Positions 35,981-49,599 of a stretch of DNA of 64,000 bases are shown here, in pieces. The DNA comes from Marsupella aquatica (taxonomy: Eukaryota; Plantae; Marchantiophyta), in contig OZ316899.1 of assembly GCA_973895155.1 (NCBI GenBank), positions 15,093,974-15,157,973 of the forward strand, written 5' to 3'. Position 1 is the first letter of the stretch. Each line of letters begins with the position of its first letter. A model generated the notes under the pieces. The model was not told the origin of the DNA. It worked only from the letters and a program-made list of their open reading frames with translations, and did no database searches. A program made the translations under genes and the position numbers.

Positions 35981-38231
35981 CAAGTGGTGGACCTCGCCAC
36001 CCAGCGCCCTCGCCAATCCCAGCAATTGCGTCTAAGTACCCTTGGTGTCCGAATGCCTCCACGGAATACCTCGAGCAAGCACCCAAGTGCATCTTGCACC
36101 ACCAGCGGCCCCTCCCATATGAAGCCGCACTTGCTCACCTACACTACCGCTACTCAACGATCCTCACTCTCTGCACAAGTAACCAAGCACCTCGGTAAGT
36201 AACCCCTTAGGATCTAGAACTCACCAAGTATAGATCCTAACTCAAGCTCAACAGATGTTGGTAAATAGGTCAGTGATAGGTCCTCCCGACGCCATAAGCC
36301 GGAACCAGAACCCACGCCCACTGTTTGTCCAAAACAACTCCTTCCTTGGGCGCGGCCCGGGTTCCCCCTTGTACCTATCCATCACCTACTGACCGCCCTG
36401 ACCCCAGGACATGCTCATGGCCCAAATAGCGTAGCTTGTCCCAAAGCTTGTCCTAAGCTTGTCCCAACACGCCGGGACCAGAACGGCCCCGACTCTAGCA
36501 CCCGCTCCTGGTTTGCCCCACTGGTGGTCTAGGGTCCAAGCACCCTTGGGACTCAGCCTCCACACCTACTTGACCTTGCCTCCCCAACGCAAGCTCCCTT
36601 GGGAGATTGAACGCAGCTTGGCTGCTGTTCGGCAGGATTTGGCATGCGGGCGAGCTAACACCCACAAACCACAAGAACCCACGGCACCCCCAGACCCAGT
36701 TGAGCTCAGGAGGACATATCCCTCCTCAAGAGCTTTCCAACGCACCCAAGAAGTCCTCCAACGGACTTTGTGTTGGGAAGATATCGCCATTTCCGTTTGG
36801 CGGTTTCCCTTAGTGTCGCGACTGGGAGCCTTTCGCAACTGGGAGCGCGGTTTCCGGGCTTGGACCATAAGGGAGCTCGGCGTCGGAGTCAGCGACGCCG
36901 GAGCTAAGTGTTAAGGTAGTCGAGTTTCGCAACTGTGGAGTTCCTAAGGCCGAGTCTGAAGGCTTTGGTTTTGAGTTTCTTGAAGAGGAAGTGGTCCAGG
37001 GGCATGGCTCGAGTTCAGACTCAGACTTAGAGGAAATCTGATGGATTGGAGCAGACCGGAGGCTACTCAGGTTTGGGGGAGGATGTCGTGCCAAAACATT
37101 TCTGCTCAAGAATGGCTTTTATAGGGGCTGATGGGCGAGGCATCCCTATTCAGTTGCGTGCATGCTGACTCTGAAAGGTTGCTTGGTTGGATGGGTTGAG
37201 GTTTGATGTTTGGGTGACTCGTCGTCACTAGGTTTGGTGTTTGGGTGACTCACTAGGCTTGGAGTTTGGATGAGCCTTGCTGATGGCAGCTGGCTCAGGC
37301 TGGAAGGTTGGTTTTGGATGCTATTTAAGCCTTGAGCTTCGGCTCATTGGGGTTCTCTGTTGGCTATTGAGTTCTGTTATGTTCCAATCTGTGAGTTCCG
37401 CTGCATTCTTCGGAATTTGGCTGTTGTGCGACAATTTTGGTGTTCTGTGCGAGTGTTGGATCCGGTGTTGGTTCTCAAGCTTGGAGTCTCGTTGGTCCAG
37501 GCCCGAGTTTCTTGTGAGCTAGGTTAAAACTAGTCGAGTAGCTAGTCAAGTTTTGGAGTTTTGTGAGCTAAGGAGGAGAGTTTTTCCATCAAATTTTGAG
37601 TAGATAGCCACTAGAGGAGTTGAGCTTGACAAGTTACAGGTAGCGGCCCACCGTAGGACCAGCTACCAAACTCTTGCGAGCAAGCTTACTCAAGGGCACC
37701 CATTGTAACCATTGAGAGAATAGTAAAAAAAATAAAGGAGTGGGAATTCACTCCAAAAAGTGCTTGTCGTCTGTCCCAGTCGCACCCAGAAACGCGCAAT
37801 TTACCCAAGGAGCCCCTAACTTCTAGTCCTTGCGACAATGTGATCAACCAGGTCAACGCGATTGAAGTCGGGTTGGCAGAGGCCAGACCCGAGCCAGAGC
37901 CTATAGTGGTAGAGGATATCCCGCCACCCCCCATGGCTGTGCAGGATAACCGCCCAGCCCCAGTGAACCCAGCCCCCTCGACCAACTTACCTCAAGGCCT
38001 GGATGTCTCCACTCCAACCCGCGCGCGAGCTAAGGTCTGTCCTTGCCCGAATCCGGAGGGGCATAGTCTAGACCACCCGGAACTCTTTTCACCGGGCACG
38101 TGTTTGAATGGATTGTTGGGAGACTTCTCTCAACAAATCGCACGGGGTACCGAGGAGTACATGGCACGGAAGGTGGCCTACTTCTTCAACCAGGAGTTGG
38201 TTGCGGCCGTGAAGGCAGGGCATGCGCAAGC

Positions 38232-38530
38232 GAGGTATTTACAAACGACAACAAACAGCAAACAGTAACAACAAACAAAAATTGGTAACAGGAAACAGAA
38301 ACTGTTAACAGGAAAATGAGCAATAATTTTGTTTGAAATTTTAAAAAAAATGGAAAAACATATTTTTGGCCAAAAATATTTTTTTGCTAGCGCCCAAAGC
38401 TAGCCAAAAAATGTATTTATTTATTTATTTCTGGAAAGTGTGACTTTTTACAAAATATTTTTTTATTGTCATTTTCCTCGTAACAGTAACTTTTTGTTGT
38501 TTCCTGTTTTTTGTCAGGGGTGCCATACCC
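38232..38530. mobile_element. Mutator-like MITE
   Basis: Degenerate 9-bp TSD TGCGCAAGC/TGCACAGGC; the empty site TGCGCAGGC is visible in the homologous segment at ~51732-51740 (minus strand). Confidence 0.9.
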
Positions 38531-39238
38531 TGCACAGGCTAAGCTTGCGTAGAGAATAGAGCGGTATCGGGTTGAGTCTGCCCACCTGAAGGACAAAGTG
38601 GCAGCCCTGGAGACTGAGCTCCAACTGCTGTGGCCTCAGGTAACGGCCACTGAGGATCAGGTTGCCGAAGCTAGAGCCCAGGCATCCTTTGCAGAGCAAG
38701 CCAGAGCCGGGAAGGACGTTGAGATCGCACGGCTCCAGACCCAGATTGACGGTTTGAAGGGACAAGTTGTCATCTAGCAAAAGAATCTGGAGGAGGCCAA
38801 CGCTCGGGCCCAGCGAGACGCAGCCGAGATAGACACCCTGAAGGTGGAAGTGGCACAACTTCAAGGAGAAGCCACAAAGCAGGCCCAGTTGGCGGATAAG
38901 CTGACGAGCGACACCCAGCAACTAGAGGAGGCATGCCAAGAAGCCGCGGCGGAGACGGATGTGGCGAAGCGAGAGAACAAATCTCTGCTGGACCAGGTCC
39001 AGCTACTCAAGCAGGACGCCGACAGAATAAGGAGGCAGCGGGATAGTCGCTCCCACTCGGGCGGCTCTGGCAAGCGTGCCAAGCATTAGCGGCAGAGTAG
39101 GATTAAAATAGAGTTAGGGGTAGCTAAATCTGGCTATAGGGACAAGCGCCTGCCCTAGTTAAGGCGGCGCTGTCACACTGTCCAGCCTGCGTAGATTAGA
39201 ATCTTCTAATAAGACAAGTTGTTTTATGGCCTGACAGC

Positions 39239-42200
39239 GGGCCTGATCTCCGTGACAGGAAACAGTCAACAGGAAAAATCATAACAGGAGTTTTTGTGCT
39301 CACAACAAAAAAATTATCATTTTCAAGAGCCAAAAATATATTTTCTATGATATTCATGATCCAGGCTATCGCTTTTTGTCTTAAAAAAACCCTACTTTAT
39401 CATAATGTGATAAGTTTACTAGTGTCGAGCGCTAGCCAAAATACAATGATACGTTTTCATATTAGTTGCAAGGGTTATAATTAGCAAATTACATCACATG
39501 TTGGGCAAACAAAATGTGCATGGTTTATTGGAAAATATGTAATTTGTATTTTTTCAGTGGATACTTAGCATTTTGGCAAGGGTTATCATTAACACCCCCT
39601 CCCGACGCTAGCCAAAATACCATCATAGTCTTTACATAGTGACAAAATTTACAATTAATATACAACAAATTCCTATGTTTATTGAACGCTTACAAAAATG
39701 CAATATACTTCTCCTATAAACCAAGTGCGTATTTCTTGCATTTGGCCAAATCTGATCCTCTTTAAATTCTAAAGAGGAGACTTAAGTGTACATCATCATC
39801 AAGATTATTGAAAGAGTGCTTATGTGAGGGGCACAGTCTTGGCAAAAAAATCCTCATTTGGAAGATTTTTTTAATCTAAATTTTCATAATTAAATCAAAC
39901 CTTCAATATAGGAAATCTCATGGATTTTTTTGTAATTTCTTGAACATAAAACAATGTATGGATATAATTTCACATGGGTAACAAAAATTTATGAACCCAT
40001 GTGACGCATATACACACAAATGGGATCAAATTATAAAACCAAGTGTAATTTGAATCTTTGTTTTGTAGGAAAATCTGGGACAATATTAATTTGACTAGTG
40101 CTTACATTGTCTTTTCCTAACCATAAACATCATTATATTTTTCAAGTTGTTGATTTTTATATATGTGGGTTGTTGTTATTTTCATAAAATTTATTAGAAT
40201 TACTTCTAAATTATTCTCATAAGAAGGTGAGGTGCTTAAGAAAATGGGAAAAGTTTTGGGCTACAATAGGATTAGAGTTTGACGCTCTCTAGTGACCCCA
40301 AAATATCCAGTATAGAACAAGGAAAATATGATAGTAATACCATACTCTACTATACAAATTGGCATAATTTGATGTGTTTAAAGGTCATGAAGATTAAACT
40401 CTTGGATTAAATCTAGGAATAAATCCCATAATAGCTCCAGATGCAAAAGAAATTGAGACAATTTGAATATATTTATATGATATAATCCCTAATTTAGTAC
40501 CTAATTGCTATCCCAATAGTCCTAAAATCTTGTGCAGAATGTATAATAGGGCCATGCGCTATCATAAATCAAATTTATTTGACGTATTGATTGATAAAAG
40601 TATTAGGTGCTATCATCAAATGACACATTTATGTGTAGAAACATCCATCATTTTTTAAAGAAAATTTGGCAGAAGAGTTAATTACAAGAAATAATAAACA
40701 TAAACCCATAAAACAAATTTAATAAAAAAGATTAAAAAATATACAAATGTTACTAGCATCGGGCGCTGGCAATATCCTACTTGGCTTGATCCCCTCTTAG
40801 AATGATATTATTTTAAGAATTTTTATACAAAAATTAAGCTAAAATTAGTATAAAACATTTAAAAATGTTACTAGCGCCGAGAGCTAGTAATATTCAAGTC
40901 ACCAAGACACTCCAAAATGACACTATATGAATGCATGTTTACAAAAAATAAGTAAGCAAAGAATAATAAAAATGATAAAATATTACTAGCACCAAGAGCT
41001 AGTAATGTCACACCCACCTAGACCCTCCAAAATGAGAGTATTTTGAGCATGTTACATAAAACAACAGGCAAAAAGGTAATAAAAATGAAGGAATATTGCC
41101 AGCGCCGGGAGCTAGTAATTAACATCACACAAGTTTGGATCCTCCAAAATGACACTATTTTGAGTGTCTTTATGAGAAAACTTAAGCAAAAAAGGTTGTA
41201 AAAATGAATTAACATTACTAGCGCCGGGAGCTAGTAATGTCACACTCACTTGGACCCTTTAAAATAACAGCATATTGAGTGTATTTATGAGAAAAAATTT
41301 AGAAAATTGGGCTATAAAAATAAATTAACATTACTAGCACCGGGAGCTAGTAATGTCACACTCGCTTGGACCCTTTAAAATAACATCATATTTAGTGTAT
41401 TTATGAGAAAAAATTTAGAAAATTGGGCTATAAAAATAAATTAACATTACTAGCGCCAGGAGCTAGTAATGTCACAATTGCTTGGACCCTCCATAATAGC
41501 ACCATTTTGAGAAATTTACAAGAGAAATTTTACTCAAAAAATATAGAAAAACAAATTAACATTACTAGCGCCAAAAGCTAGTAATGTGACTTTGGCCCAA
41601 ACCCTCTAGAAAAACATTTTTTTGAGTCTGTGAGCTTTAATTATTTACTGATATATCACCTATTTCACTAGTAATATTACCGTTTTATCTCTTGTATTTG
41701 CTACTGTTGTTAAATACACCAAAGGATATTTTAGAAGGTCATGCAATTTTGCAAGTAATAAAGAAATATCTATGTAAATGAGACCTCACCAAAGAGGACT
41801 CTTTGTTGGCATTGAGTGCTACTATGGTAATATGAACAAAAATGACTATAGCCTAAGGATATATTTTGATAAGCGCCAGGCGCTGCTATAAATTTTGGTC
41901 AAAAGCAATGGCTCTAATTATCAAATTTATTAGATTAGTTTGTGGTGCTACTATATTATATCATCATTTGTAATGTTTTAATGGTTATATTATCACTAAT
42001 ATTATCCAATTGTCACGGCTGCTGACCTTGTTACTAGTAGAAAAGAACATAGCATCCTCTAATGGTCTAAGGCGGTTCAATCAAAATTTACAATATGTCA
42101 AACTCCTCATCATTGGTTAGAGCATTCAAATGACCAGAGTGTATTGCATTTGATAGCAAGAGTATATCTTTTTGCTCACATCACTCTACGTGAGGATGTT

Positions 42201-43041
42201 AACCTTTGATCAATCCACACATTTACAATCTTCTAGGTAGTACTTTGGAAGATGCATGGAACCCTTGATATGATGTGTTCCTTTATCGATAGTTTGTTAC
42301 TACTAGGTCTACGTCCAAATCAAAGTACGATTCAATATAATTCAAGTTAGTTTGAGCATGACAATTAGGGTGTCTAAAGGGGAATAAACTTTTTTGTTAT
42401 AATTTTTATATAGTTTTGATGTTGTGCACAATAGTTTTGAGCGTGAATATTGGTATATACATAGATGAACTAACAGTTTCTTTCGTCATAATGTTCTATA
42501 CAACAATCTGTTGCCTCTTGGCGGACCACCATATATGGAGTGTCTATGCTTAGCAAAGGGATGAAGACTCAATCAGCAAGACAATCTCATCTCCCGTCTA
42601 ATCTATAGGGGAAGAGCAAGTTCACTGATTATTCTTAGATGTCAATGGAGATGCACTAGAGTCGGCTTGCGCTAAATGAGGGATCAGCTTGAGAGAGCTA
42701 ACATTCCAGATCCAAACACTCAAGAATTGCAAATACTTACTTGGTTACGATTTATATGTACTTCTATTGCTCTTGTGATGATTTTTGTTGGAAGCATTCT
42801 TGAGCTATTATCAAATGATGCCTTCATGTGTAGAAAATCTTTGGCACTAGTAAAGATTTATGTCTATAATAATTGTATATGTTACATATATTACAATTGC
42901 GCAGTTCAAATTGCAGTGTAATTTTGGTCCCTAAAGTGGGAATTTTCTTTTGGCATTGCGCACAAAACTCCTGTTATCTTTGACCATTTTTGCTGTTATG
43001 ATAATTCCTGTTTACTATTTCCTGTCACGGGGAAAAACCTC
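39239..43041. mobile_element. Non-autonomous Mutator-like element (3.8 kb, AT-rich)
   Basis: Perfect 9-bp TSD CCTGACAGC (39230-39238, 43042-43050); TIRs containing CCGTGACAGGAAA. Confidence 0.92.
40745..41600. repeat. ~116-bp tandem array, ~8 units, each with hairpin ATTACTAGC-N7-GCTAGTAAT
   Basis: Cores at ~40750, 40868, 40983, 41096, 41215, 41331, 41447 and 41562. Confidence 0.9.
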
Positions 43042-43969
43042 CCTGACAGCCAGCTTAGTTAGGATCTTAGTTAGTGAATATTCGGGCACGAGGGCACTCT
43101 GGTCCACAACCCTTGGTATTTAGTGCACCCCTTGGTAGAGGCAGGGGGTTTTGAGTCTCAGAGTTGGACATCCGCGGTATGTGCGGTGAGTCCCGACCTC
43201 TGTGAGTGGAAGAGTACCAAGGGGAGGGGGTATGACTAAGCTCGCTGGGCGAGTGCGGAGCCGAGCTCCGTTGTAGTGTACGCCCCTCGGCCTTGGACCT
43301 GTTCATTCAAGAGCTGTCGAGTCAACCAAGTGTAAGTGTATGTTGACTTGTGTAGTAAAATCCTTTCCCATTATTTCCTTCGTGTAAACCGAGATCGTGT
43401 GCTTGTGTGTGTGTGCATGTATGAATCTTGTGTATGGGTGCCAATGCTTGGCCAAACGCACTGCCCAAGCCGTGCACGGGGTGCAGGTTGCAGATGAGTG
43501 GTTGCGAGCCCGGGTTGAGTGCCCGTGTCATCGGAACCAGATCAAAGGCGCACAAAGGCTTAGAAGCCCGTAAGCTAGGGTCGATCCCGCTATCAACTAA
43601 GGTATGTTCCGGCGGTGAAACACAAATCATACCTAGGAAGTGTACGTAAGTAACAGTAGACGCACTTAGTGCTAGATTACGGGAGTTAGGTGCTTTCCGT
43701 GTGTCCCTCCCTGCCCAAACCCTCATACTAACAAAGGATGTGCCTGTCTAAGCCAAAGCTTGGGTTAAGGCCCAGGCTGACGATGTGACATAGCCTTTGT
43801 TTTTGGTGCTAGATGGAGGGGGCACTCTACGTGTAGTAGAGGGGAGACATGTGCGGGTGCACCTGGGCAGAGTACACCAGGCCCCAGTTAGTTACTAACC
43901 ATCACATTTATATGAGTAGATGCTCGTCACTCATTCTCAAGCAGCTTACTTGAGGAGATTGACTAGCAA

Positions 43970-46900
43970 ATGAGAGAGTGCAACCACAACAAGCTCCAAA
44001 TCTTCAGGCTCGGAGGACTCACAATCGCCTCGACGGATGAACATACCATCGGGACCTTCAGGGTCTGGTCCAGCCGGTCCTGCTCTGGCCCCTACTGCAC
44101 CACCGCCAATGCCACCACCGCCACCAATACCTATGGCGGTAGCCCCTCCGGCTGTAGCCCGCGCTCAGTATCACAGCGATCACGGTTTCATTATCAACCT
44201 TTCAAAGGACATCATGGGGACGATCTGGATGAATGGTTGGATGAGTTTGAAGCCACTGCTAAGGCCAACGGAGAAGATGCCATTAAGCTGACCGTTCTCC
44301 CTAGAGTAATGCGGGGAGAAGCTCGTCCATGGTACAACTCGCTGCCGCCCAGGATCACATGGCCACAATTCCCAACCTGCGTTGCTACAAGAGTTTCGTG
44401 CCATTGGAGCGGAGCAACATTCCTTATTACAGATCAGTCAGCTTTGCATGGGAAAGAAGGAGTCCTTGCAAAAATTTATTCAAAAGTTTCAGAAACTTGC
44501 TGCCAAGATCCGGCCCAGGCCAAGTGATGCGCTCCAGCTTACGTGGTTTCTCCACGGTTTGCCCACAAATATGCAATTTTGGGTGTGCCAAAATAACCCA
44601 ATTTCAATGCAAGCAGCCATAGCGTGCGCCGAAACATACAGGGAGTTCACCTATAACTCCTAGCGAAGCCAATGGGCACGCCATAAGAAGAGCAAGTACG
44701 AGACCTTCAGTGACAGTGACTCCAAATCTGACAACGAGAAGAAGAAGAAGCATAAGAAGAAGAAGAAACATCATTCAACCTCGTCCAGTTTGGAGACAGG
44801 GTCTAGTTTGGACTCGACTTTGACCAGTGGATCCTCCACCTCCAGCTCATCGGGAAGCAATTCGGAGAGCAAGAACCGAAGCAAGAAGAAGAAGCGGCAT
44901 GTTAAGGAGGGGAAAATCAAACCCCGTGTTTGAAGAACGATACCCAATCCAAAAGCTGCCGAAGCAGACAAGCTCAATGAAATCACGGATTGTCTCAAAG
45001 CACTGTTAGTACATCTTGCAGAAAAGCCTGTGGAGAAGAAGAAGCCATCCGAGACCCGAGCACATGCGTGGTCTTCCAAGTGCTTCCAATCAGGGCATGT
45101 GGTGCAAGAATGCCCAAGATGGAAGAATCGAGTCCATCAGGTAGAATTGGATGATGTTGACAGCCCGGGACCAGAACCGGAGTCCACGGAGTATTTCTTC
45201 GAAGACCCTTCTGATTCTGTGTATCAGATTTCCACGGTGGGTCTGCGTAATTTAGCGGGTAGAATTGCATATCCCTATCCAAACAATGGCAGGAGTTTCC
45301 AGGTTATCAGTAACCCAAGCATTCCTCCTAAGCCAGGGATTTGGCGATCCCCGGTTTGTTACAACTATGAGAAGCCAGACCACTTTGCAAGGGAATGCAC
45401 CAAACCAAGATGGCAGGGAGATGGCTGAGGCACGCCACTATGTCAAGTTTGCAAAACGGAAGGTTATTTCACGGCTAACTGTCCATTGGCAATAGCCCCT
45501 TTAGCAAACACAGCTAGACCGGCCTAGGGTGGACCAGCCACGAGCGATGCAATCGTCCAAATGATTGTTGTAGAATGGCAAGATGACAACACCAAGTGGG
45601 TAAATCTGGTGGATGTGGTGGAGCACCCTAATCCATTAGATGAGGCCGAGTGCTACCGTGTGTCAACAAGAGCCAAACGGAGGGAGGAGAAACAGGAGGA
45701 GAAACGCCGGAAAAAGCGAGATACTATGCCGGTGCAGCCAGCGATAGACATACCCCGGAGGAGGATGACGACTACCGTCGGGATGACCCAAAGCTATTTT
45801 ATCCCCGCATTGAAGAATTGGTAAAGAAACAGTTGGAGGCCTACAAAGCACGGGAATACCAGAAGGCGATCGATAAGGACATCAAAGTAGCCGAGGCCGC
45901 CCAACGATGGGAGCAAGAGAAGAGGGAGGAGGAAGCCAAGCAGCAGCCAAAGGAAGAGAAGAAGGAGGACTACAATATTAGGAAAGACATGAAGAGTTGC
46001 CCGGTTACAGCAATGGTAGGGCAATTGCTGCAGAATAATCCTCAGTACCAACAACAACTGAGGGAGTTGCTCACGGGTCGGCAATGGAGACGACTACCAT
46101 GGGTTGGGATCGTGGACTGTAATATGATCTGTGAGGACCTAGGAGCGTCGGACATCTCGATTGAGATTAACAATTGTACTATCAAGATGGTTCTCATGGA
46201 CGGGGGAGCAGGAGTCAATATCATGACTGAGGAAACATCGGTCAAGTTTGGGTACCTCACGTATCAACCCACTGTCTGAGCTATCAGATTAGCAAATGGG
46301 GCGAGGGTCCTTCCCTTGGACACGCTTACCAAGGTGCTCACTCTCGTAGGAGGGGTGGAGTTCTATCTCAACTTCCTAGTCATGAGGCCGGTTTGACCAT
46401 CCTCTTATCCGGTCCTTCTGGGCAGGCCGTGGCTATATGGAGGTTGCGTAGTCACGGATTGGGGAAAGAAGGAGCTGCAGTTTGGGACACCCACAGTTCG
46501 GACACCCACGATACGGGTATCGTGGGCAATGGACAATTATCAGGGTGAAACCCCACAGGGACCCGAGGAATATGATTCGGAGACCTCGGAAGAAGAAAAG
46601 CTCAACATGATAGAGCTCATCTCGTCCCTTTCCGAGGAAGATGTTTTCAGAGTGGAAGCAATACGAGAAACCCATCTCATGAACTACCCAAAAGAGGATA
46701 CATGCAACATCACCCCGAGTTCCTTTGGTGCCTCAGTGAAGGTACAACCCATCCAAGTCAACAGCACGGAAAACACGGAGAGCATAGCTACAACAAAGCA
46801 GGGAGCGGACGTCACCCTTACGAGGGCCGACTCCCCTAGTCGCGGGCCTACCAGAGTATTCACCAAAGCCGAGATTCCAACACCCAAGCACAAGAAATGA

Positions 46901-49160
46901 GTATCTTGGGATCCCTCTATTCCGCTAGAAGAAGAAGTAGTCTCGACCCCAGAACCGATCCCGACCTCACCGATGTATGGAGGAGTTTGCTTAGCGGAGC
47001 TAGATGCTAGCCTCGACCCTAGCCTGTGGAACCAGGTGGAGGTCATAAGGAAAGAACACTACAAGAAGTACACCATTGGGATGGATAAGACTTTCAACTT
47101 AGGTCACGCCTTAATTGGCAAGGCAGAGAAATCCATCCAATCACTACTTAAGGAGTATGAAGACGTGTTTGCATGGAGCCATCATGACCTGACCGGAGTC
47201 TCCCCCGAGTTAGGAGAACATACGATTGATTTGAACTTAGGGGCACACGCTGTACGACAGCGCCAAAGTCGCATGAACCCGCGATATTCCATCTTGGTAA
47301 AAGAAGAGATTGATTGTCTCCTGGCCGCGGATATCATCTACCCGATGATGGCTAGTGATTGGGTGTTCCCTATTGTCATTGTGCCAAAGAAGGGAGGTAC
47401 GGATGGGAAACCTAAGATCCGCATCTGTCGGGACTATTGTAAGCTGAACGATGCTACCCAAAAAGACCACTACCCGTTACCATTCACGGATACGGTTCTG
47501 GATATGGTAGCCCAAAACAAAATTTATACATCCCTTGACGGATAGTCGGGCTATAATCAAATTTGGATCCGCCTCTCAGATCAGCTCAAAACCACGTTCA
47601 CCACGGAGTGGGGGACATTCGCATTTTGGAAAATGTCGTTTGGGTTGTGTAACGCCCCGGCCATGTTCCAACAACTCATGATGAATATCTTCCACGATTT
47701 CCTACGGGAATTTCTGGAAATATTTATCAATGACTTTGCCATATTTGGGACTTTCGCCATGCACCCCGAACATCTACGGCATACGCTACAACAATGCCGA
47801 GAGGTTAATCTCAAGCTACATCCTCCGAAATGTTTTTTTGGGGTAGAGGAGGGGGTTTTACTCGGGCATGGTGTGTCCAAACGGGGTATCAAGGTGGACT
47901 AGAAGAAGGTTGCAGCCTGGATGGCGGTCGTGTTCCCCGTAGATCGTGTTCAAAAGGCTGTACGATCCTTTTTGGGCTGCATAGGGTATTATCGCCGGTT
48001 CATTAAAGATTTTGCTAAAATTGCGCTCCCCCTCACAGAGATGATGAAGAAAGATGTTGTAATTGAGGAGACGCCCCGAAGACGGATTGCTTTTGAGGAA
48101 ATTTGTAGGCGACTCATCACAGCACCCATCATGGTTACCCTGGATTGGAATAAAGAATTCCACGTATACATTGATGTTTCCGGTTTTTGCATCGGGTCCG
48201 TATTGAGCCAGCTCAATGAGGACGGTTGTGACCACCCCATCTATTTTTCCAGTTGTCAGTTATTCGTGGGGGAGAAGAATTACTCCCCCACTGACCAAGA
48301 AGCTCTCAGTATTATCTACTCATGCAAGAAGTTCCGACACTATCTGCTCGGATACAAAGTCATCTTCCACACGGATCATGATAGTTTGAAGTATATGGTA
48401 AACAAAGCAGATGTTATGGGACGGATAGCCCGGTGGGTGTTACTTCTCCAGGAATTCAATTACGAAGTCCGGGTTTGGCCAGGAAGGGCACACCTCAATG
48501 CCAATTTCTTTTCAAGACTGGACGGTGTACCTGTCGATCATCCTATTAATGATACTTTTCTGGATGAGGAGTTATTCCACGTAGGGGCAGGAATGCCTAT
48601 GTGGTACGGCTTGATCATTACCTTCCTCTTAACATTGAGATGTACAACGCTTTATCAAGGGATGCAATCTATGCCAACGGGCTGGTGCCCCAAGGAGAGC
48701 CCACAACCACCCCTCACTTCTGTACATCCACTAGCACCATTTGAGAAGTGGGGCATTGATTACATCGGGCCTTTCACTCCAGTTACCCAAAGACGCAGAT
48801 TTAGGTACATCTTGCTAGCCATAGATTACTCCACCAAATGGGTAGAAGCTCGGACTACGGTGAAAGACGACGTCGCCGGAAAGCAGCAAGCAGCTTCCAA
48901 GAAGGAGCACGACAAGGGACTATGGAAGGTAGATGTCGTGACGGGCGACCTGGTCCTTCTGTACGACAATAGGTACATGCAATTTCCGGGGAAGCTTCAT
49001 ACTCGCTGGCTGGGCCCGTTCCTGGTCAATTAAATCTACCCAAACAGATCTCTTGACCTCGCGACGTACGCCGACGATTTACTTCCCACGCGAGTTAGTT
49101 ACGATCGTGTAAAGAAGTACCATCACCAGGACGATGACGCCGACAGTGATGTTTGTGAGG
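43970..49160 (+). pseudogene. gag-pol of family B (gag, zinc knuckles, PR, RT, RNaseH, internally deleted INT)
   Basis: DEWLDEFEATAKAN, MDGGAGVNIM, KDHYPLPF, SFGLCNAP, FINDF (mutated xxDD), DVSGFCIGSVL, PFEKWGIDYIGP, GKLHTRWLGPF. Confidence 0.92.
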
Positions 49161-49599
49161 ACGCTTCACAATTAAGCAGGGAGCTATGTGATGTTGCCAG
49201 TGTGGCGGTTAATGATTGATTCGGCCTAGCTTGTGCTTAGCATGCGCATTAGGGGCATCATAGGCCGTAGTTATTAGCATAACGACACTAAGTAGGTAGT
49301 ACTTATGACTAGAGAATCATTAGTTAATAAGGGGCATTTACATTTGGGATGGCGGCAGAGCGCCATTCGTACTCCCGGATTACGAGCATGTAAGGGGGCC
49401 CCCTCGGGTCCGTATAACAAATTTTCAGAGGCGGCCACTGACACGCTCTGAACCGGACCCACGGAGTGGCTGGTACACTGCAAGCGTGAAAGGCTCGGCC
49501 TATAGGAAGGGAGGAGGGGCCAGTCGACCGATGAGCCCTCAGAGTATAAAAGGAGGGCCATTCTCTCGCATTGCACCCACACTCCATTCCGCACGCCAG

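Larger units (their letters stand above)
28950..36934 (-). mobile_element. Ty3/gypsy chromovirus family A, near full length, decayed
   Basis: 5'LTR 36934-35983, PBS TGGTATCAGAGC (tRNA-iMet), gag, CCHC knuckle CFTCGTMGHQSKDC, protease LVDTG, RT FIDD, RNaseH, INT, chromodomain, PPT AAGGAAAGG, 3'LTR from 30274 leftwards. Confidence 0.95.

Noticed and set aside
23357-36934. One intact chromovirus insertion with a TSD
   Set aside because: Flanks GGCTG and GTGGA differ, and an LTR-LTR fusion lies at ~28950.
36935-37837. Possible LTR fragment of another family (minus-strand TATA-like motif, short repeats)
   Set aside because: No second copy, termini or TSD in the window, so it cannot be classified.
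38232-38530. MITEs acting as Introner-like self-removing introns
   Set aside because: This copy has GT (38235) and AG (38517), but splicing would leave 25 extra nt (out of frame). The other two copies are in the opposite orientation relative to their ORFs.
40745-41600. CRISPR-like array (palindromic repeat with regular spacing)
   Set aside because: The spacers are homologous to each other, there are no cas genes, and the array sits inside a TSD-bounded eukaryotic MULE; it is a tandem repeat.
41700-42921. Possible captured gene remnant in the large MULE (ORF 42676-42921)
   Set aside because: Too degenerate; no motif recognised.
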